From: Saccostrea echinata
Lineage: Eukaryota
Assembly (NCBI RefSeq): GCF_033153115.1
Contig: NW_026889814.1
Coordinates: 1,736,001 to 1,800,000, forward strand
Direction: 5' to 3'
Length of the DNA: 64,000 nt
Below the pieces are notes generated by a model. It ran no database searches. It was given only the letters and a program-made list of their open reading frames with translations, and was not told the origin of the DNA. A program made the position numbers and the translations under genes. Of this stretch, positions 10,831 through 24,704 are shown one piece after another (positions within the stretch are counted from its first letter, which is position 1; each line of letters starts with the position of its first letter).

Positions 10831-13800
10831 ATGACTGGGATGAGCAAAACCATACAGCTAAATAATGGGAATGAAATCCCAATTATTGGACTGGGTACTT
10901 GGCAGGTTTGTAAGCTGTAATTATTAAATGAGCGCTTTCTTGAGTCTTATGCATTCCAGAGGACAACCTTTTAATTCTTTTTTTTTCTACCAGCTACAGG
11001 ATTATTAAGAAGTTAGGTCTACAATTGCCAAGGGTTAATGATCTAATTAGATAACGTACAGGGTTATATTTTCTCTTATTTTATCATTACTGTCTAGCTT
11101 TCCTTTCTCAATGATTTTAAATTTTTACAGGTGATACTTTTTTAGTTTCTATGCATTACATTTTAGCTACAAATTAAAAGTCAAGTTTTATAAAAGAAAA
11201 AAAAAATATTCCAAAGTGGATTGCAGTTTAATGTCTTGTGAGCAACAGTAGAACGTTTGACAAGCTAAAAGCTGACTAAACATACCTGTCTGTAAAATTT
11301 ACATTTCTGACATAAAGACAGTCATTAATCATCTGGAAATATATATAGGGTAATTTATGCTCTGTGACGTCAAGGGTGTATTTCCTCTTTAAAGTGCATC
11401 GTGTGTAAGCTAATGTTAGCATGCTCTTGCATATCAAATTCACTGAGAGACTTAAACCCCATATACATGTGATAAGGGCATCTTGTTTCTTGTATTCTTG
11501 TTTCATCAACTTGTTTATCAATAGTTTGCCTCGTTTTAGAAATTGTTTGTATATAGAGTGTGTATTTATTCCCCAGTGGGTGTCACTTATTTTTTAATTG
11601 TTTAGAGTTCAAAGGAAGAGCTCAAGACAGCCCTGCGTGCGGCCATAGATGTGGGATACAGACATATTGACACGGCCTATAACTACATGAATGAGGATAC
11701 AATTGGTGAAGTTCTACAGGAATACATTAACAGTGGAAAAGTGAAAAGAGAGGAATTGTTTATCGTAACTAAGGTACATTCATTTAAAGCACATATTACT
11801 TGCTTATATAGTGTGACTATATAAGTCTTTAAAAAGATATATAAAAGTCTACATCTTTATATAGTCTTTTATATGTCTTCTTAAAGACGTATAAAGACAT
11901 TTTCTGTAACCAATATAAGTCTTTATAGTTTATATTGGTTACAGAAATTGTAACCTTTGACAATCTTGTCAATTTTACCAAAGAAAGGCATTAAGTTCAG
12001 AAAACAAATACTTGCACACTATTAATTCCAATGGATCGTTTCTATATTTTTGATAATGCTTCCTGAAATTTTATATTTCAGTATTTCAAAAGAGAACAAA
12101 TACTGTACATGTACATAAATTGGCATATTAAAAATTTTGCGCAATCACTTGGCATGGAGTTGGTGGCGTAATTTTGAATTAGCGCTACATGTGTCCATGG
12201 CGTGTATTGTATTTATGATTTCAAATCGGTATTCATGAATTAGCGCATCGTTGTCCGCGCCAAAGCTGCTAAAATATGAAGACCGCTTTTTTCAAGTTCA
12301 CATACAATAGTTTCCCCTCGACGGGTTTTGAATGATTGTATGTCACTATACTAGATAAGAAATATTTCAGCTTCCAATGATTCATATGGATCCAAATCTG
12401 GTGAAGAGATCCATAGAGATAAGTCTGAAGAAACTGCAGTTATCGTATGTAGATTTGTACCTGATACATGGTCCTATACCTCTAGAGGTAAGATTTAGAT
12501 GGATTCTCGTTTAATAAATAACTTTTATTTTTGGGTAACAGATCCAGTTTACATTTCAACTTATTCCAAAATCCAGACTTCAGGGGGAAAAGGACACTGA
12601 TCGCATTACCTTATTGGTTACGCCATAGGTCCTCTTTTGCTTACATCTTAGTGAAATTGTCATTTTACTGCGCGCAAACCTCTTGCATAGGCGTAGGAAC
12701 GGGGGGGGGAGCTAGGGGGTTTAGCCCTCCTTCTTTTTTTCCAAAGATAGACATAATATAGGCATTGAAAATTGGGGCTTACCCCCCCCCCCCCCGACGT
12801 TTTTTTGTTGGTTTAGCCCCCCCCTTTCCCATTTTCAATTTGCTCCCGATGCCTTTTTCTTGTGTATTGTACATGTGTTCTTTCGTCTGCAGCTTTGACA
12901 CTGCTGATCTTGTCACTTGTGATTCTACTGCCTTATTTTATATGTTGTACATTTTTTAACACATGCACACGGCGGGTGTGACCGGTCGGCAGGGGATGCT
13001 CACTCCTCCATGGCACCTGATCCCACCACTAAATTTTGAGGTCTGTGTTTGCTCTGCTTCAAAGTTGTATCGTTTCATTGGAATTTTGAGAATGAATACT
13101 GTTCGCTATCTTCACATTTCGTGCATGAATTATTGCAAAATGATGCTGAGCACAATTTTTGTGTATTTTTACCTTATGATGGTGAAGTGCTGTCTTATTT
13201 TATCGATCTCATCGGCGTTAGATTTGAAATACACTTCCATACACTTCCATATTTACATATATCGCTGCGTGAACTACTTTAGAGGGAGCCTTGATTTAAA
13301 TCTTGAGTTTTATAACAAAACAGCGTAATCTGAGATGTTTCCATATTAATAGGTATTGTACTGTTCAGCTTGTCCGGAAATCGGAAATTGTCCGGAATTT
13401 CCATAGATCCCTGAAACGTTTACATTAAGTATAAATTTTCCCGATAAAAAACACAATCACCGATGGGTCATAGAGGGTTATATAAGGAATCCAGCCCCAG
13501 CATCTTCTCACTTTTCATCCCTTAAGGTTGTTTGATAAGAAGCAAATCTTCAAAGAAAGCCTGAAATATTCAAGATGATCAATCTTGTAGTGAATGATGC
13601 TAATTTTATAGAGATATCGCATTCGGATAGTGCAGAATATAGGAATTTTTTTCAGTCAAATAGAACAGTAATTTATCTATTTATAGTTTGAGTTATTAAT
13701 CATGGTTTATGAACGCAAAATTCTTAAGGAGTTAGTTGTCATAGTTTTCATAGGCGTTTATTTCTTAGTTTTTAAAAGTGACGTTTATTTGTTTTAATAG

Positions 13801-14913
13801 TTTTCCGGATTACTTGTTCTGATTCAAAATGGTTTTTTTTTTTTTTTTTTTTCTTGTCCAGAATAAGTTTCCGAATTTTAGACAGTATTTGTTTGCATTA
13901 GCTTGAGCTGAAAGTGAATACATATTTGAAGCATACACTTGTTCAGAATTGGTCACACATAATAGAATAGTGATATCAGGGATAGTGCGAGATATAGTTT
14001 ATGCGTGATTCAGATGTCTTAATAGTTAGGATTGTCCAGATGGACGCATGTTACATTATTTTGGGCATATCCCGGTAATACTTTAAGTAATAAGCCTAAG
14101 AGACAATCATATAATAATTAGAATTAATTAAATAAAATCAATATCTATAATCTGAATTATATATCTTGAAAATAGTCACAAGGAGTCATGCTAGATATAT
14201 TCTTTAAACATTAATCAAGTGTTCCTTGAGTCAAAGGGCGGGTCACAAGGTACTTCAACAGAAAATGCATTGATATGTAATAGATCGCTATTTACTGTGA
14301 TACATGTACAAGTATATTGAAAGGAGTTTTATAAATTCAAAAGAATATCTTTTTCAGATCATGTAATATTCATTAGTTGTAAAATTTTTAGAGGTCTTGT
14401 TACAATAAAACAAAGCAAAAAAATACATCTAGTCAAAAAATATCCGAGATATGTCAAAAGTGTTTTTTTTTTAGGAAGTAGAATAAAGATAAACATTTAA
14501 ACTCTATTGCACCGAAAGAATAAGAATATTTACTGTAAATGTGAAGGATTGACAAACAGGCAAACAAAGCTATGAAGGGTGGGGAGAGTGGTTTTTGAGG
14601 GTTAGAATGATAAGTAAGTCTCCTTCTGCTTTTAAGAGATCAGTTTTGGGACGATTCCCAAAGAAAGGCTTATTTGTATTTCATTATAGACCTGACAGAA
14701 TAGAAAACCTTATTAGGGATTCTCAAATTTTTAATGGAGGGGATAAAATCAGAATTTACATAACAAAGTTTAACACACAGACACTTAATGGGATATGTAA
14801 TGCTTATTTCAGTATGATGGAAATGACAACAATATTTTCCCACTAACTGAAGACGGAGGCTGGAAAATAGCAGAAAAGAGTGACCTTTTGGGAACATGGA
14901 AGGTATATTTTAC

Positions 14914-14969
<56 letters not shown>

Positions 14970-17643
14970 TATTTACATAAATAAAATCAACTCAATATGG
15001 GTTTAACAGGCGATGGAGAAACTTGTAGACTTTGGACTGACCAAATCTGTTGGAGTGTCTAACTTTAGTATTTCACAAATTGAAAGGATCTGCAAGATGG
15101 CTGAACACAAACCTGTCACAAACCAGGTGAGCTGGGCCTTACCTTTCTCAGAGTTTCATCAATGAGAAAATTCGCCCCCGTTGAAAATTTAGCTTTATAG
15201 GAAACACATTGAAAATATATAACAATGCTTAGGCTCAAACTAAAGACGAAAAAAAAAACATCACAGAAAAATCTCTTATTGAGTTTTTAGATAGAACTTT
15301 TGTTTTTTTTTCTGTCAGGTGGAATGTCACATATATTTTTCACAGAAAGAGTTGTTCAATGCCTGTAAGAAGCTTGGAGTTACATTGACAGCTTACAGTC
15401 CAATTGGTTCTCCAGGAAGGCCTAAAAATCTGTATGTATAACAATCAACGTACCAAAAATACACTCCTGGGAGTTGAGATTTTCAACCATTTAAGGAAAA
15501 ATCAATCATCAAAATTTTCAGTTTTACCATTTCCCCTTCTTTCACAAATCTTACACACTTATCATTAGTTTTAACATAAGTTTAAAATGTTGAGCAAATA
15601 ATACTAGTATTACATGTACCATGTATATTTTGTATTGGGTACAGAACGTTTCAGCCAGTTCATCCAACAGTAGTGCTTATTGAATAAATCAGGTAAAAAG
15701 CTAAAAATTAAAACAAGTTATAGAAAAGTCAGTTGTTTTCTATTAATGCAAACACAAAACTAATTCACAAATGTAAGAAATGTTTGGACACAAAACAGCG
15801 TTCCATAGGAAGAGAATGTTGAAAATCAAAAAATCTGGAAAAAGTTCTATATCAAAATGATATTCATGGTATGCAAATACTTGAAGAAATTGAAGTACTG
15901 AGTGACACCCTATAAAATAAATCAAGAACGGTAAAAATGAAAAATAGGATGTTGACAACATTACAACTGTTATTCATATGTTTGCAAATGTGGATTAGAA
16001 AAACTTGATGTAATAACATTCATATTACTGAAATAACACAATGATATCAATAAGATGACAATACGTACATATGGGTGGTATATATACAATTTCCAAAATG
16101 AAGAGTTCCTGATGTATATATCAAAAATTATATATTTATGTAATTAATAATTATTAAAAAATATAATGTGGTATTCTTGGGATTCGAAATCAAGCAATAA
16201 GAATCCTGAGTATCATTTCAGAAAAATATGGAGCGAAGACCCACTCATATTTAAAATTTGAGTTATAGTACTTCGGTGTATGTGTGCTATTTCAAAGACA
16301 AACGATTTGAAAATTTTTGAGATTTTTGCAAATTGCGGAGATTCTATATAAAGAATACTTTAATGCTAGATGAAGTATCAAGGAAGTTTTTAATTGAGAT
16401 TTTTGTTTCACTTTTATATTTGTAGCACAATAGAGATTTCGCTCGACTTGTTGGCCCATTTTCTTCTAAATGTTTCACACTAAGATATGATATTTTAGAA
16501 AAGAGGCAGATGAACCTGTTGCTTTAGAAGATCCTATCATCCAAAGAATAGCAACGAAATATGGAAAAACGCATGCACAGGTACACTAACAAAAAGAATG
16601 AACGGAAGATATCTCATTCACTATATCTATGTAGAATTAATGAAGTATCTTTCTGACGTTAAGTGTATTATGTATTAGAAAGGGTGCTTATTTGTTATAT
16701 AGATAAATTGAAATAACTTTTTAAAAAGAAATTAAGGAGATATAGTATTACCTTGTTTGGGATCAAGGTACAGTTTTAGGGAAGAATGAAAACACATATG
16801 TATTAATAAAGATTTCGACTCTTTTAAATGAAAGAAATAAAAATCAGCCTATTACATGTACTATGGTTTCTATATGAACGTTTTGGATTTTTTATGCAAT
16901 GCGGATTTTTTTTTTTTTTTTTTTTTTTTTTACAGATTTTGCTTCGAAATCTCATCCAAAGAGGTATTATTGTAATTCCAAAGAGTGTGACTCCAGAAAG
17001 AATACGTAGCAATTTCCAGGTATCAGCAAATGCTTGTATTATCTTTATGTTACAGTTTTTTGTCAACTTGTGAGGCAAAAGCTATCATTAATCGTTTAAT
17101 TTTTCACAAGTTTGATCGTAAATCGTTTGAAGTATAGAAGAAATCAATCGCATAAATTATCAGGATCCCTACAATTTATATCCAAATAAGATAATTTCAA
17201 TTCAAATTTTAAAAAAGTATAGAAACACAACAACCCATCTCTTATTTCTTTGGAATTGTTGATTTTTCAAAGTAAAATATTTCAAAAACTTCTTTTACTT
17301 TAAAATTTGAAATAAAAACATGCATTAGGAGTATATCCAGAATTGTTCTTTGCAGGTTTTCGATTTTTCTCTATCTGAAGAAGAAATGGGAGATATTGAT
17401 CACATAACAATACAAAAACGTTACTTTGACATGTCTACAAAGTGAGATATAAACATATGTATATATATTTCAAATTACAAAATCATTCTGTAAATCTTTG
17501 CGTTTGGGTTAGCACTGTCATACTTGTCTTGTGTTTTTATGAGGCAAAAGTTTACAGACGTTGCTATTACATATACGTCCTTACAAACATTACGCTAACA
17601 CTTTTTTTTTAGGTTCAAGGATCATCCAGAGCGTCCATGGTGA
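10831..17643 (+). CDS. Aldo-keto reductase, AKR1-like, 10 exons, 320 aa
   Basis: GT-AG exons 10831-10905, 11606-11773, 12371-12487, 14813-14902, 15010-15126, 15319-15431, 16499-16580, 16936-17019, 17356-17441 and 17613-17643 join in frame (963 nt). Motifs [67 protein letters not shown]. Catalytic D/Y/K/H tetrad intact. Confidence 0.96.
11901..11947. repeat. 18-bp-arm inverted repeat in AKR intron 2
   Basis: TTTCTGTAACCAATATAA...TTATATTGGTTACAGAAA. Confidence 0.8.
12686..12856. mobile_element. Small MITE with G/C runs
   Basis: CATAGGCGTAGGA ... TCCCGATGCCT imperfect TIRs. Confidence 0.5.
12960..13125 (+). mobile_element. 3' terminal segment of a Penelope-like retroelement family
   Basis: Motif cggcgggtgtgaccggtcggcaggggatgctcactcctccatggcacctgatccc also lies downstream of the RT remnants at ~47970 and ~49075. 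Confidence 0.7.
14919..14965. repeat. (CT)n microsatellite in AKR intron 4
   Basis: Perfect CT run. Confidence 0.97.
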
Positions 17644-19409
17644 AGAAGAAAATACAAACAAAATATTAAATCATTCAGACTGNNNNNNNNNNNNNNNNNN
17701 NNNNNNNNNNNNNNNNNNNNNNNNNNNNNNNNNNNNNNNNNNNNNNNNNNNNNNNNNNNNNNNNNNNNNNNNNNNNNNNNNNNNNNNNNNNNNNNNNNNN
17801 NNNNNNNNNNNNNNNNNNNNNNNNNNNNNNNNCAATTTTCTCGCTTTTTGAAAAATATTAACGATAATCTTAGTTTGTATGTAGGAATGTATGTCAAACA
17901 AACACGCCTGAAATTCGTTTTTTTTTTTTTTTTTATTGTAAAATAAAAAGAAGTTTCCAGTCATGCTTTTGTACTATATCGATCTTAAACGCTCTCGCAC
18001 CATGTTAAGATATGAAATTTTACGGAAAGTTTTGATGGATATGAACATTAAAACTGTATCCCCTTTAAATTAAAGCAAAGAATAAATTCATTTCTACAAA
18101 AGAACCCTTACGTGATTTTAAGCATGCAGTTTCTATAATGTGTAACATATCAAAATGGGTTCTTTGATGAAAGTACAGTAGCTATCGTTTGATCTGCTGG
18201 CAACTCAAAACGATCTGGCTCTTTAGATCAAGTTACAGTATTTAATGTACAATCCGTATTATTTATCAAACAAGTGTAAATATACGACGCAATTAAAATT
18301 CAAAGTAGATACTGAACACTCCTAGAAGGTGGTGGCAAATTCTGCAATGAATGAACATGATAATCGACGCAGTTATGAAAAATAGCAGAATAAGCAAAAT
18401 TAACTACCACAAGCTAACAAGGGAAATTGACCAGATATAGGTCAATGTACGACAACTTTAGGTTGTTCAGACTCATCTCTAACGACCTTTTCACCAGTGA
18501 CGGATCCATATGAGTAGGAGGAAGCTAAAAAGTAAAACAAACACTTTCCGGGGTTAATTTAGACGATGTAAGAAATGTATATGTCCAGAAGAACAATGAT
18601 TTGCAATTGAAAAATCCTTGAATACAAGATAACAACAGAAGCAGTGAATACATATTCAGATTAGCTAAATGATTATCGTATGCAAAAATAAACGACACTT
18701 GCTATCTAGCTAAGAATCGATTTCATAATAATGTCAAACAATAGGATAATTTTAGAAGTTCAACGCAACATTTCCTTAAAAAATGAAAACGTTTACCTTT
18801 GTAACAATAAAGATATCTTCTCTTTTGACTTTCCCACGTTTCATATAGTCCTGCAGAACCTCTCCGATAGCATCTTCATTTTTATACATGAAGGCTGTGT
18901 CAATATGGCGGTATCCTACGTCTAATGCAGCACGAACAGCAGTTTGTACCTCGTCTTTGGAACCCTGCAAAAATCCATTCATTGTTATGCCATTATTTTT
19001 ACACTGAGTTGTCAACGGATTTCTCTAAACAAAGCTTTTAGGAAGAAAGTTGGAAATATACAGCTTTAGAAAAAAAAGATAAAATAAAATAGAGTGATTT
19101 TAAGAAAAGTTTATTCCATACGTGAGATGCTAAAAAATTTTTGCCATGTTGATGAGCAGATAGATATAAATTTTCTCAGTGATGCAATTTGTTTGGGATT
19201 CCTTTCATCCATGTGGTGTGACAAACAAGCTGATTTTAAAAGCGGAGAAAATTCTAAATAATCCACAAATTCAATTTTTCTTTGTCTATACTATCAGCCT
19301 TGCGTAAAAAGCCAGCAGAGATTATTATTTTAAAGAACTTGTATCATGCTCATAAAAAAATGACAATTTTAGGTAATTTATTTAATCTACAACCTTATTT
19401 ATTAAAATA

Positions 19410-20746
19410 CGAGGGGCATCTGATAAGCTCTGAGAACTGATCGATAAAATATTAACCGTTAAACGGAAATTACTGAGTTTGATATCATTGGACAGATCAC
19501 AAAAATATACACATATTGTGACATCCCTTTGTAAATTTTATTACGTTATAACTCAGAAAATGACGTCAGAATCTCGAATGTCTAGCATACTGACCATAAA
19601 AATGACGTAACAAGAGACACAATTTCTGTGAAATAAAATTTTAAAGTCAACATTTGTTCATTACTCGGATGCACGCTAACGGACACAACTACCAATTGGT
19701 AGAATGTTTACATAGACTACAGTCTATCATATGGAGGTTATATTCAGGAGCTCTTATAGTTCTGAGGTGGTTTAAGGGTGTGTCAAACATAGCATGTTAT
19801 TATCGAATCTCGCGCAAAATATTGGATAAAAAAGACGCTGCTGTGAGAAAAACACAAAGTTTAAAACCACAGTAGAATAGTTGAAAGTGTTACAGAATTT
19901 GCTGGCATTAATTCGTCAGGTATTTTAACCAATTATGTGGGAACGATTAAAGCTCAAGAGAGGTTAAGCTAAAGATGTCCCATTATTTTCTCGTAAAAAC
20001 CAAAATGGCGCCGGTGTAGTTTTTAACCCCACCGTAACTCGATATGTTCGAAAATTTTCAATCAGGGAAAATAAATAAGATTATACATGGCAATGAAACT
20101 CAGATTTATTTTCTTGAGTCGAAAGTCAAAAGCAATAGTGAGTTTTGGATTGCCGAAGTTGAAATAATATGAAAAAATACGCACAGAAACTTGTCCCGGG
20201 GAAGACTTTTGTACGTCTTATTCGTAAACGGGAAGAGTCCTGACTCTCAAGATACATTTGTGGAAAACTGCATTGTTACACTTCAGTTTTATATAGAATA
20301 TGTTTTATTTAATATAGTGGAGAGCTTTATAATAGACCGAAAATTCAGCTATATCATATAAATAAAAATCTGTTATGAACGCCTAAGATAAAATTACCGT
20401 CTTATTAACTAAGCAAAAAATAAAAATGTGCAATTGCTGATTAACCGTACCATTCTTATAGTCTTACTCTACTTCCATGCAAATTTTCTTTGCAATATCT
20501 TTTCAAAGAAGCCTTTGACAGCACTTTTTCGGTGTTCTCATGTGAACAAAAAACGCGACTTTTCAGTATGCTCAACATTCGAGATTCTGACGTCATTTTT
20601 AGAGTTATTACGTCATAAATATAAGAAAATGACGTTCATATAAGTGCAAATTTTTCAGCTTTTTTCATTGGTATCAAACTTATTAACTTCTGTGAAATGG
20701 TTAATATTTTAGCAAGCAGTTCTCAGAACTTTTCAAATGCCCCTCG
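19410..20746. mobile_element. Non-autonomous mariner-like element with ~190-bp TIRs
   Basis: TA|CGAGGGGCAT...ATGCCCCTCG|TA; inverted similarity extends to gacgtcagaatctcgaatg / cattcgagattctgacgtc. Confidence 0.9.
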
Positions 20747-22433
20747 TACTGATTTCAATAAATGTTGTTCTATGCATATTTTAAGCGATAGTAAAAGTTG
20801 AGTGTTGAAATTCAAATACGGCGATATGCATATTTCAATCGGATTTCGACGAAATACTGGTCTGGCGTCATAGGCGACAATTAAGTGACAGAGATATGAG
20901 AAATTGCACACTATTCATGGGGATATCAACGACAAATGCTGAAAAGAGCTAGGTTCACTTTATGCATAAAGCGGTCCTTTTCTTGTATCAATTAATTGAC
21001 TATCACCCTCTGTCCCATTTCATATATCATAATAATGTACACATGTATAGAGACTTAGCGCACTCAATTCCTAGAACAAAATTTCTATTTGAGAATTCAG
21101 GTATTGGAAAACAGGCTTTGTGAAAATGTAATGTTCTTAAAATTTGCAGAAAACAGGCTTATTTGACTACATTCAGCAAAGAATTAAAATATGATCACAG
21201 CCCCCGATCCAAAAATTAAAACATGCTTTATGATCTTATGAAACAGACCTTTCATTATGTAATTGCATATTCTGGATCAGAGGTTGTGCTCTATATGAAA
21301 TATTGAACAAAAAAATACCCCAAATTTTGGCCATTTTTAAAGGAATTTACAGGATATAGAAAAAAATGATGCATTTCATGACGTCATAATTCATTGACTA
21401 TGCGGAAAATTACATCATGTTTAATAAATACACGGTCACCAAAGGTCCAAGTGATAAATACTGTATTGTCAACAAAAACTGAGCAGTTTCAATTTTTCAG
21501 AAACTCACAGGACCAAAAAAGGCCCTAAGTGGCCCTTGCTCTTTTAATTCCTAACGTGTCAATAACTATAAAGAAATATAGACTTGTTCTCAGGTATAAG
21601 GCTTTTGTAATAATTTTGTAATATTTTTTTTTTATTATTATTATTCTAAACTTTTGGAATCTGTAGCTATGTTTTGTGATAGGATCGACATAATTTTTTT
21701 CAGTCCGTCAGCCTTTACAAAATATATGAAGGTATAATTGCATAAATTAAATAATGAAAATATAATAAAAATAAACAATAGAAAGTTATATAATGTTAAT
21801 TTTTGTAATGAAATTGGTTAATACATGTGATGAGATGAAAAAATCAATTTGTATTGTTAGGCGAGTCTCTTCGTCTTCGCCGGGTCTCCCTTGCTATTTT
21901 TGCTGCTATTTTACAAATGTTGTCAGATTTTACAGATTTTTTTCTTGCTGACAGTTCAGACATCTAAGGTAGGATAGCCAAATTCATAGTGTATCATGTA
22001 TATTTTAGTAAGATTAACGTGAAGAGCTGGTCAGCAATTGTCGTCTTTGACTTCACACGGTCACGTGATCGATATCTAATTAACTTGGATTTTTAATTCA
22101 GGGGTTTTTATTTGAGTTAATAAGTGTTTAATTACGCAGTAAAAACACAAAATTTATACACTGTGATCATAAGGAACGTACATGTAATACGCTTTTAATT
22201 TCAACTTATTGAAAACATGCGATAAATCCTTAAAAAGGCAAGTATGGGTTTGTCTGTTGCTTAATCCCACTAATATCTTTAAATAAACAATTCTATAAGG
22301 TAATTAAGTAAAAAGTACCGGGTATGTCAATTTCACAATGTTCATTTACACTGTATCTAGGTACTAGTTTGTATATCTTTCCTTTTAAGTACTAGTTAAT
22401 TGTATGAGCATTTACTAAAATCAGCATATTAAA

Positions 22434-22529
22434 CATCGTCGGAAACCCACGGCTGATTACGCTTCGTTCCTCTCTCCATCGTGATGGAGAGGGGAACGAA
22501 GCGTAATCAGCCGTGGGTTTCCGACGATG
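22434..22529. mobile_element. 96-bp near-perfect palindromic (foldback) MITE
   Basis: CATCGTCGG...CCGACGATG, arms ~47 bp; 9-bp TSD CATATTAAA/CACATTAAA. Confidence 0.85.
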
Positions 22530-22617
22530 CACATTAAACTGTTGTCAGAGATTTCTATTCTCCAAAATTAACTTACTGTTTTTCCCACTAGCTAAGACGT
22601 AGTCATGCTAACAATCC

Positions 22618-23566
22618 TTTGGTGGCATACTTATGTCCCCTACATGCAAGATGAATTATGTTAACATGCAACATCAATAAGAAGACATGCCACTTATGTA
22701 TGTAAACTTTTGAGCTTGAATACTGTTTCCTTATCTCCATATGTTTCATGCAAAATAATTATGTTGACATGCAAGTTACCACTCTCTGTTAAGAAAATAT
22801 ATTTAATGCTGGTACATTAACTAACTAACTCCAGTAATGACATCATACAAGCAAGATGCAACAGAATTATGTTGAAATGTGACTTATTTATGTTATCAGG
22901 GAAGATATTTAGGTCAACATGCGACTTATTTACGTTAACATGCAACATAATTATGTCAACATGCAAGATAATTTTGTGAACATGCAACTTATTTATTTCA
23001 ACATGTGACTTACTTTTGTCAACATGCAACTTATTTATGATAACATGCAACTTATTTTTGTCAACATGCGAGTTTTATTTTAACATGCAAGGTATTTATG
23101 TCAAAATGCAAGATAATATGTTGCATGTCAACATACATATCTTGCGTGTTGACGTAATGAACTTGCATGTTTAAATAATTATATTGCATGTTGACATAAA
23201 TAAAAAGCATGTCTACATAATTGTCTTGGATGTTGACATAAGTCGCATGTCTACATAATTAGGTTGCATCTTGCTTGTTTGATATAATTTATTTTCAGTG
23301 ACAGGAGTTTTAGTACCATCGGGCCAAAATTGTGGAACGAACTAACAATAAAATTCTATCGATGATTTCAAAAGCAACTTAAAAACTTACTTCTTTAGGG
23401 ACTTTGATGCTTTATTTTAATTGTGACTCTACTTGTATACGTGTTTATTTTACATGTAAATATTTTACAGTTTTATTGTACAACGCCATTGAATACGTTT
23501 ATGTAAAAAAAAAAAGGCGTTTAATCAAATAAATTAGTTTCAGTTTCAGCAGAATATGCCACCATA
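22618..23566. mobile_element. IS3EU-like non-autonomous element with internal CATGCAA/TTGCATG arrays
   Basis: Termini T(T)TGGTGGCATA...TATGCCACCATA; 6-bp TSD-like CAATCC/CAATCA. Confidence 0.7.
23298..23549 (+). mobile_element. L2/CR1-group LINE 3' end nested in the IS3EU-like element
   Basis: Encodes DRSFSTIGPKLWNEL...SIDDFK..LKTYFF, followed by AATAAA and a (TTTCAG)n tail. Confidence 0.7.
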
Positions 23567-23808
23567 CAATCAATTTCCGAGTATTGTTATTAAATTTACA
23601 CTTTTAAAAATGAACACAAAGCATGTAAATGTATACGTATGTAGTATCATCCTTAGATTAGGATAAGCATTTCTATCTTCGTGTAAACACTGTATGTTTT
23701 ATTCCTTTTTAATCTTTATTTACTTAAATTCACTTCAGAGTCTAATCAAATAAATATTTCATATATTACCATAAACATACAAAGGTAGAAAAGTTATTAA
23801 ATAATGTA

Positions 23809-24704
23809 CTGTACAGCAGGAAATTAGCTCGCGGAGTTAATATTCGCTATATTCGCGGAAATAAAACTTCCGTGAATTCAACATACAGTGAAAAATTCTT
23901 CAAAAATTGATAAGGATAAGTTGAAATATTACCGATATCTGTGATAAGATTCGTTAACTCTATTTGTGTTTCCTTGCAAGCATAAAAGCAGTAACTAATA
24001 TAGCGGAGATATAGGCTGTCTTCCTAATTATGCGGGTGAACTTAATTGATAAAAACATCTATAACTGCCACCCAGTAGAGGTGCGATGTAATTATCTATG
24101 AAACATGTATTATTAGATTTCACCCGTGCGTACCACTCAGTCTTATTTTCTTTAATCAAGGCACTTACGTAGTAAAGACAACACTGTTACACATTAATTC
24201 AATTTTATTAACAGTTCAACATTTTGATTATCGGTACTGATTTAGATTCAGAGGGATTTAAACATACTGCAGTAAATACTACTCTGTACGCTACTCAAAA
24301 CATACTTATGAACGAACACCTGCCAAAGGGCTTCTTTTTTTTGTACATGAATGTTTTGGATACGACTTGAATAAATCACTCGAATATAGACTCGTATATA
24401 TTTCAAAAATATTTAAAATTAAAGAAGAAAAAAGAAGAAAGAAAACACGAGAAAGAAAGAAAAAAATTATCTGAATGCGTAATATTGTAAATCGTACAAC
24501 ATTTTGTCTTCTAATCGGGATCAGTATGGTACGTGTTTCGTTCTCGGGTTCAGAATCGACATAATACGTAAGGAAAATATTTGCAGTGCTGAAAAAAGTT
24601 TTTGTATATTAATTTTTCCTTTTCGCGAATTCAAACGACCGCGATTTGCTGCAAGTTGAACAAATCGCGATCTTTTCCGACCGCGATTTTAACCTGCTGT
24701 ACAG
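23809..24704. mobile_element. Tc1/mariner-type (TA TSD) MITE
   Basis: TA|CTGTACAGCAGG...CCTGCTGTACAG|TA with TCGCG-rich subtermini. Confidence 0.85.

Noticed and set aside
12963-13328. ORF with [12 protein letters not shown] (also 49015-49299)
   Set aside because: Translation of a repeat's non-coding 3' motif; not treated as a protein
22434-22529. pre-miRNA gene
   Set aside because: A near-perfect palindrome with a TSD fits a MITE better; no miRNA family recognised
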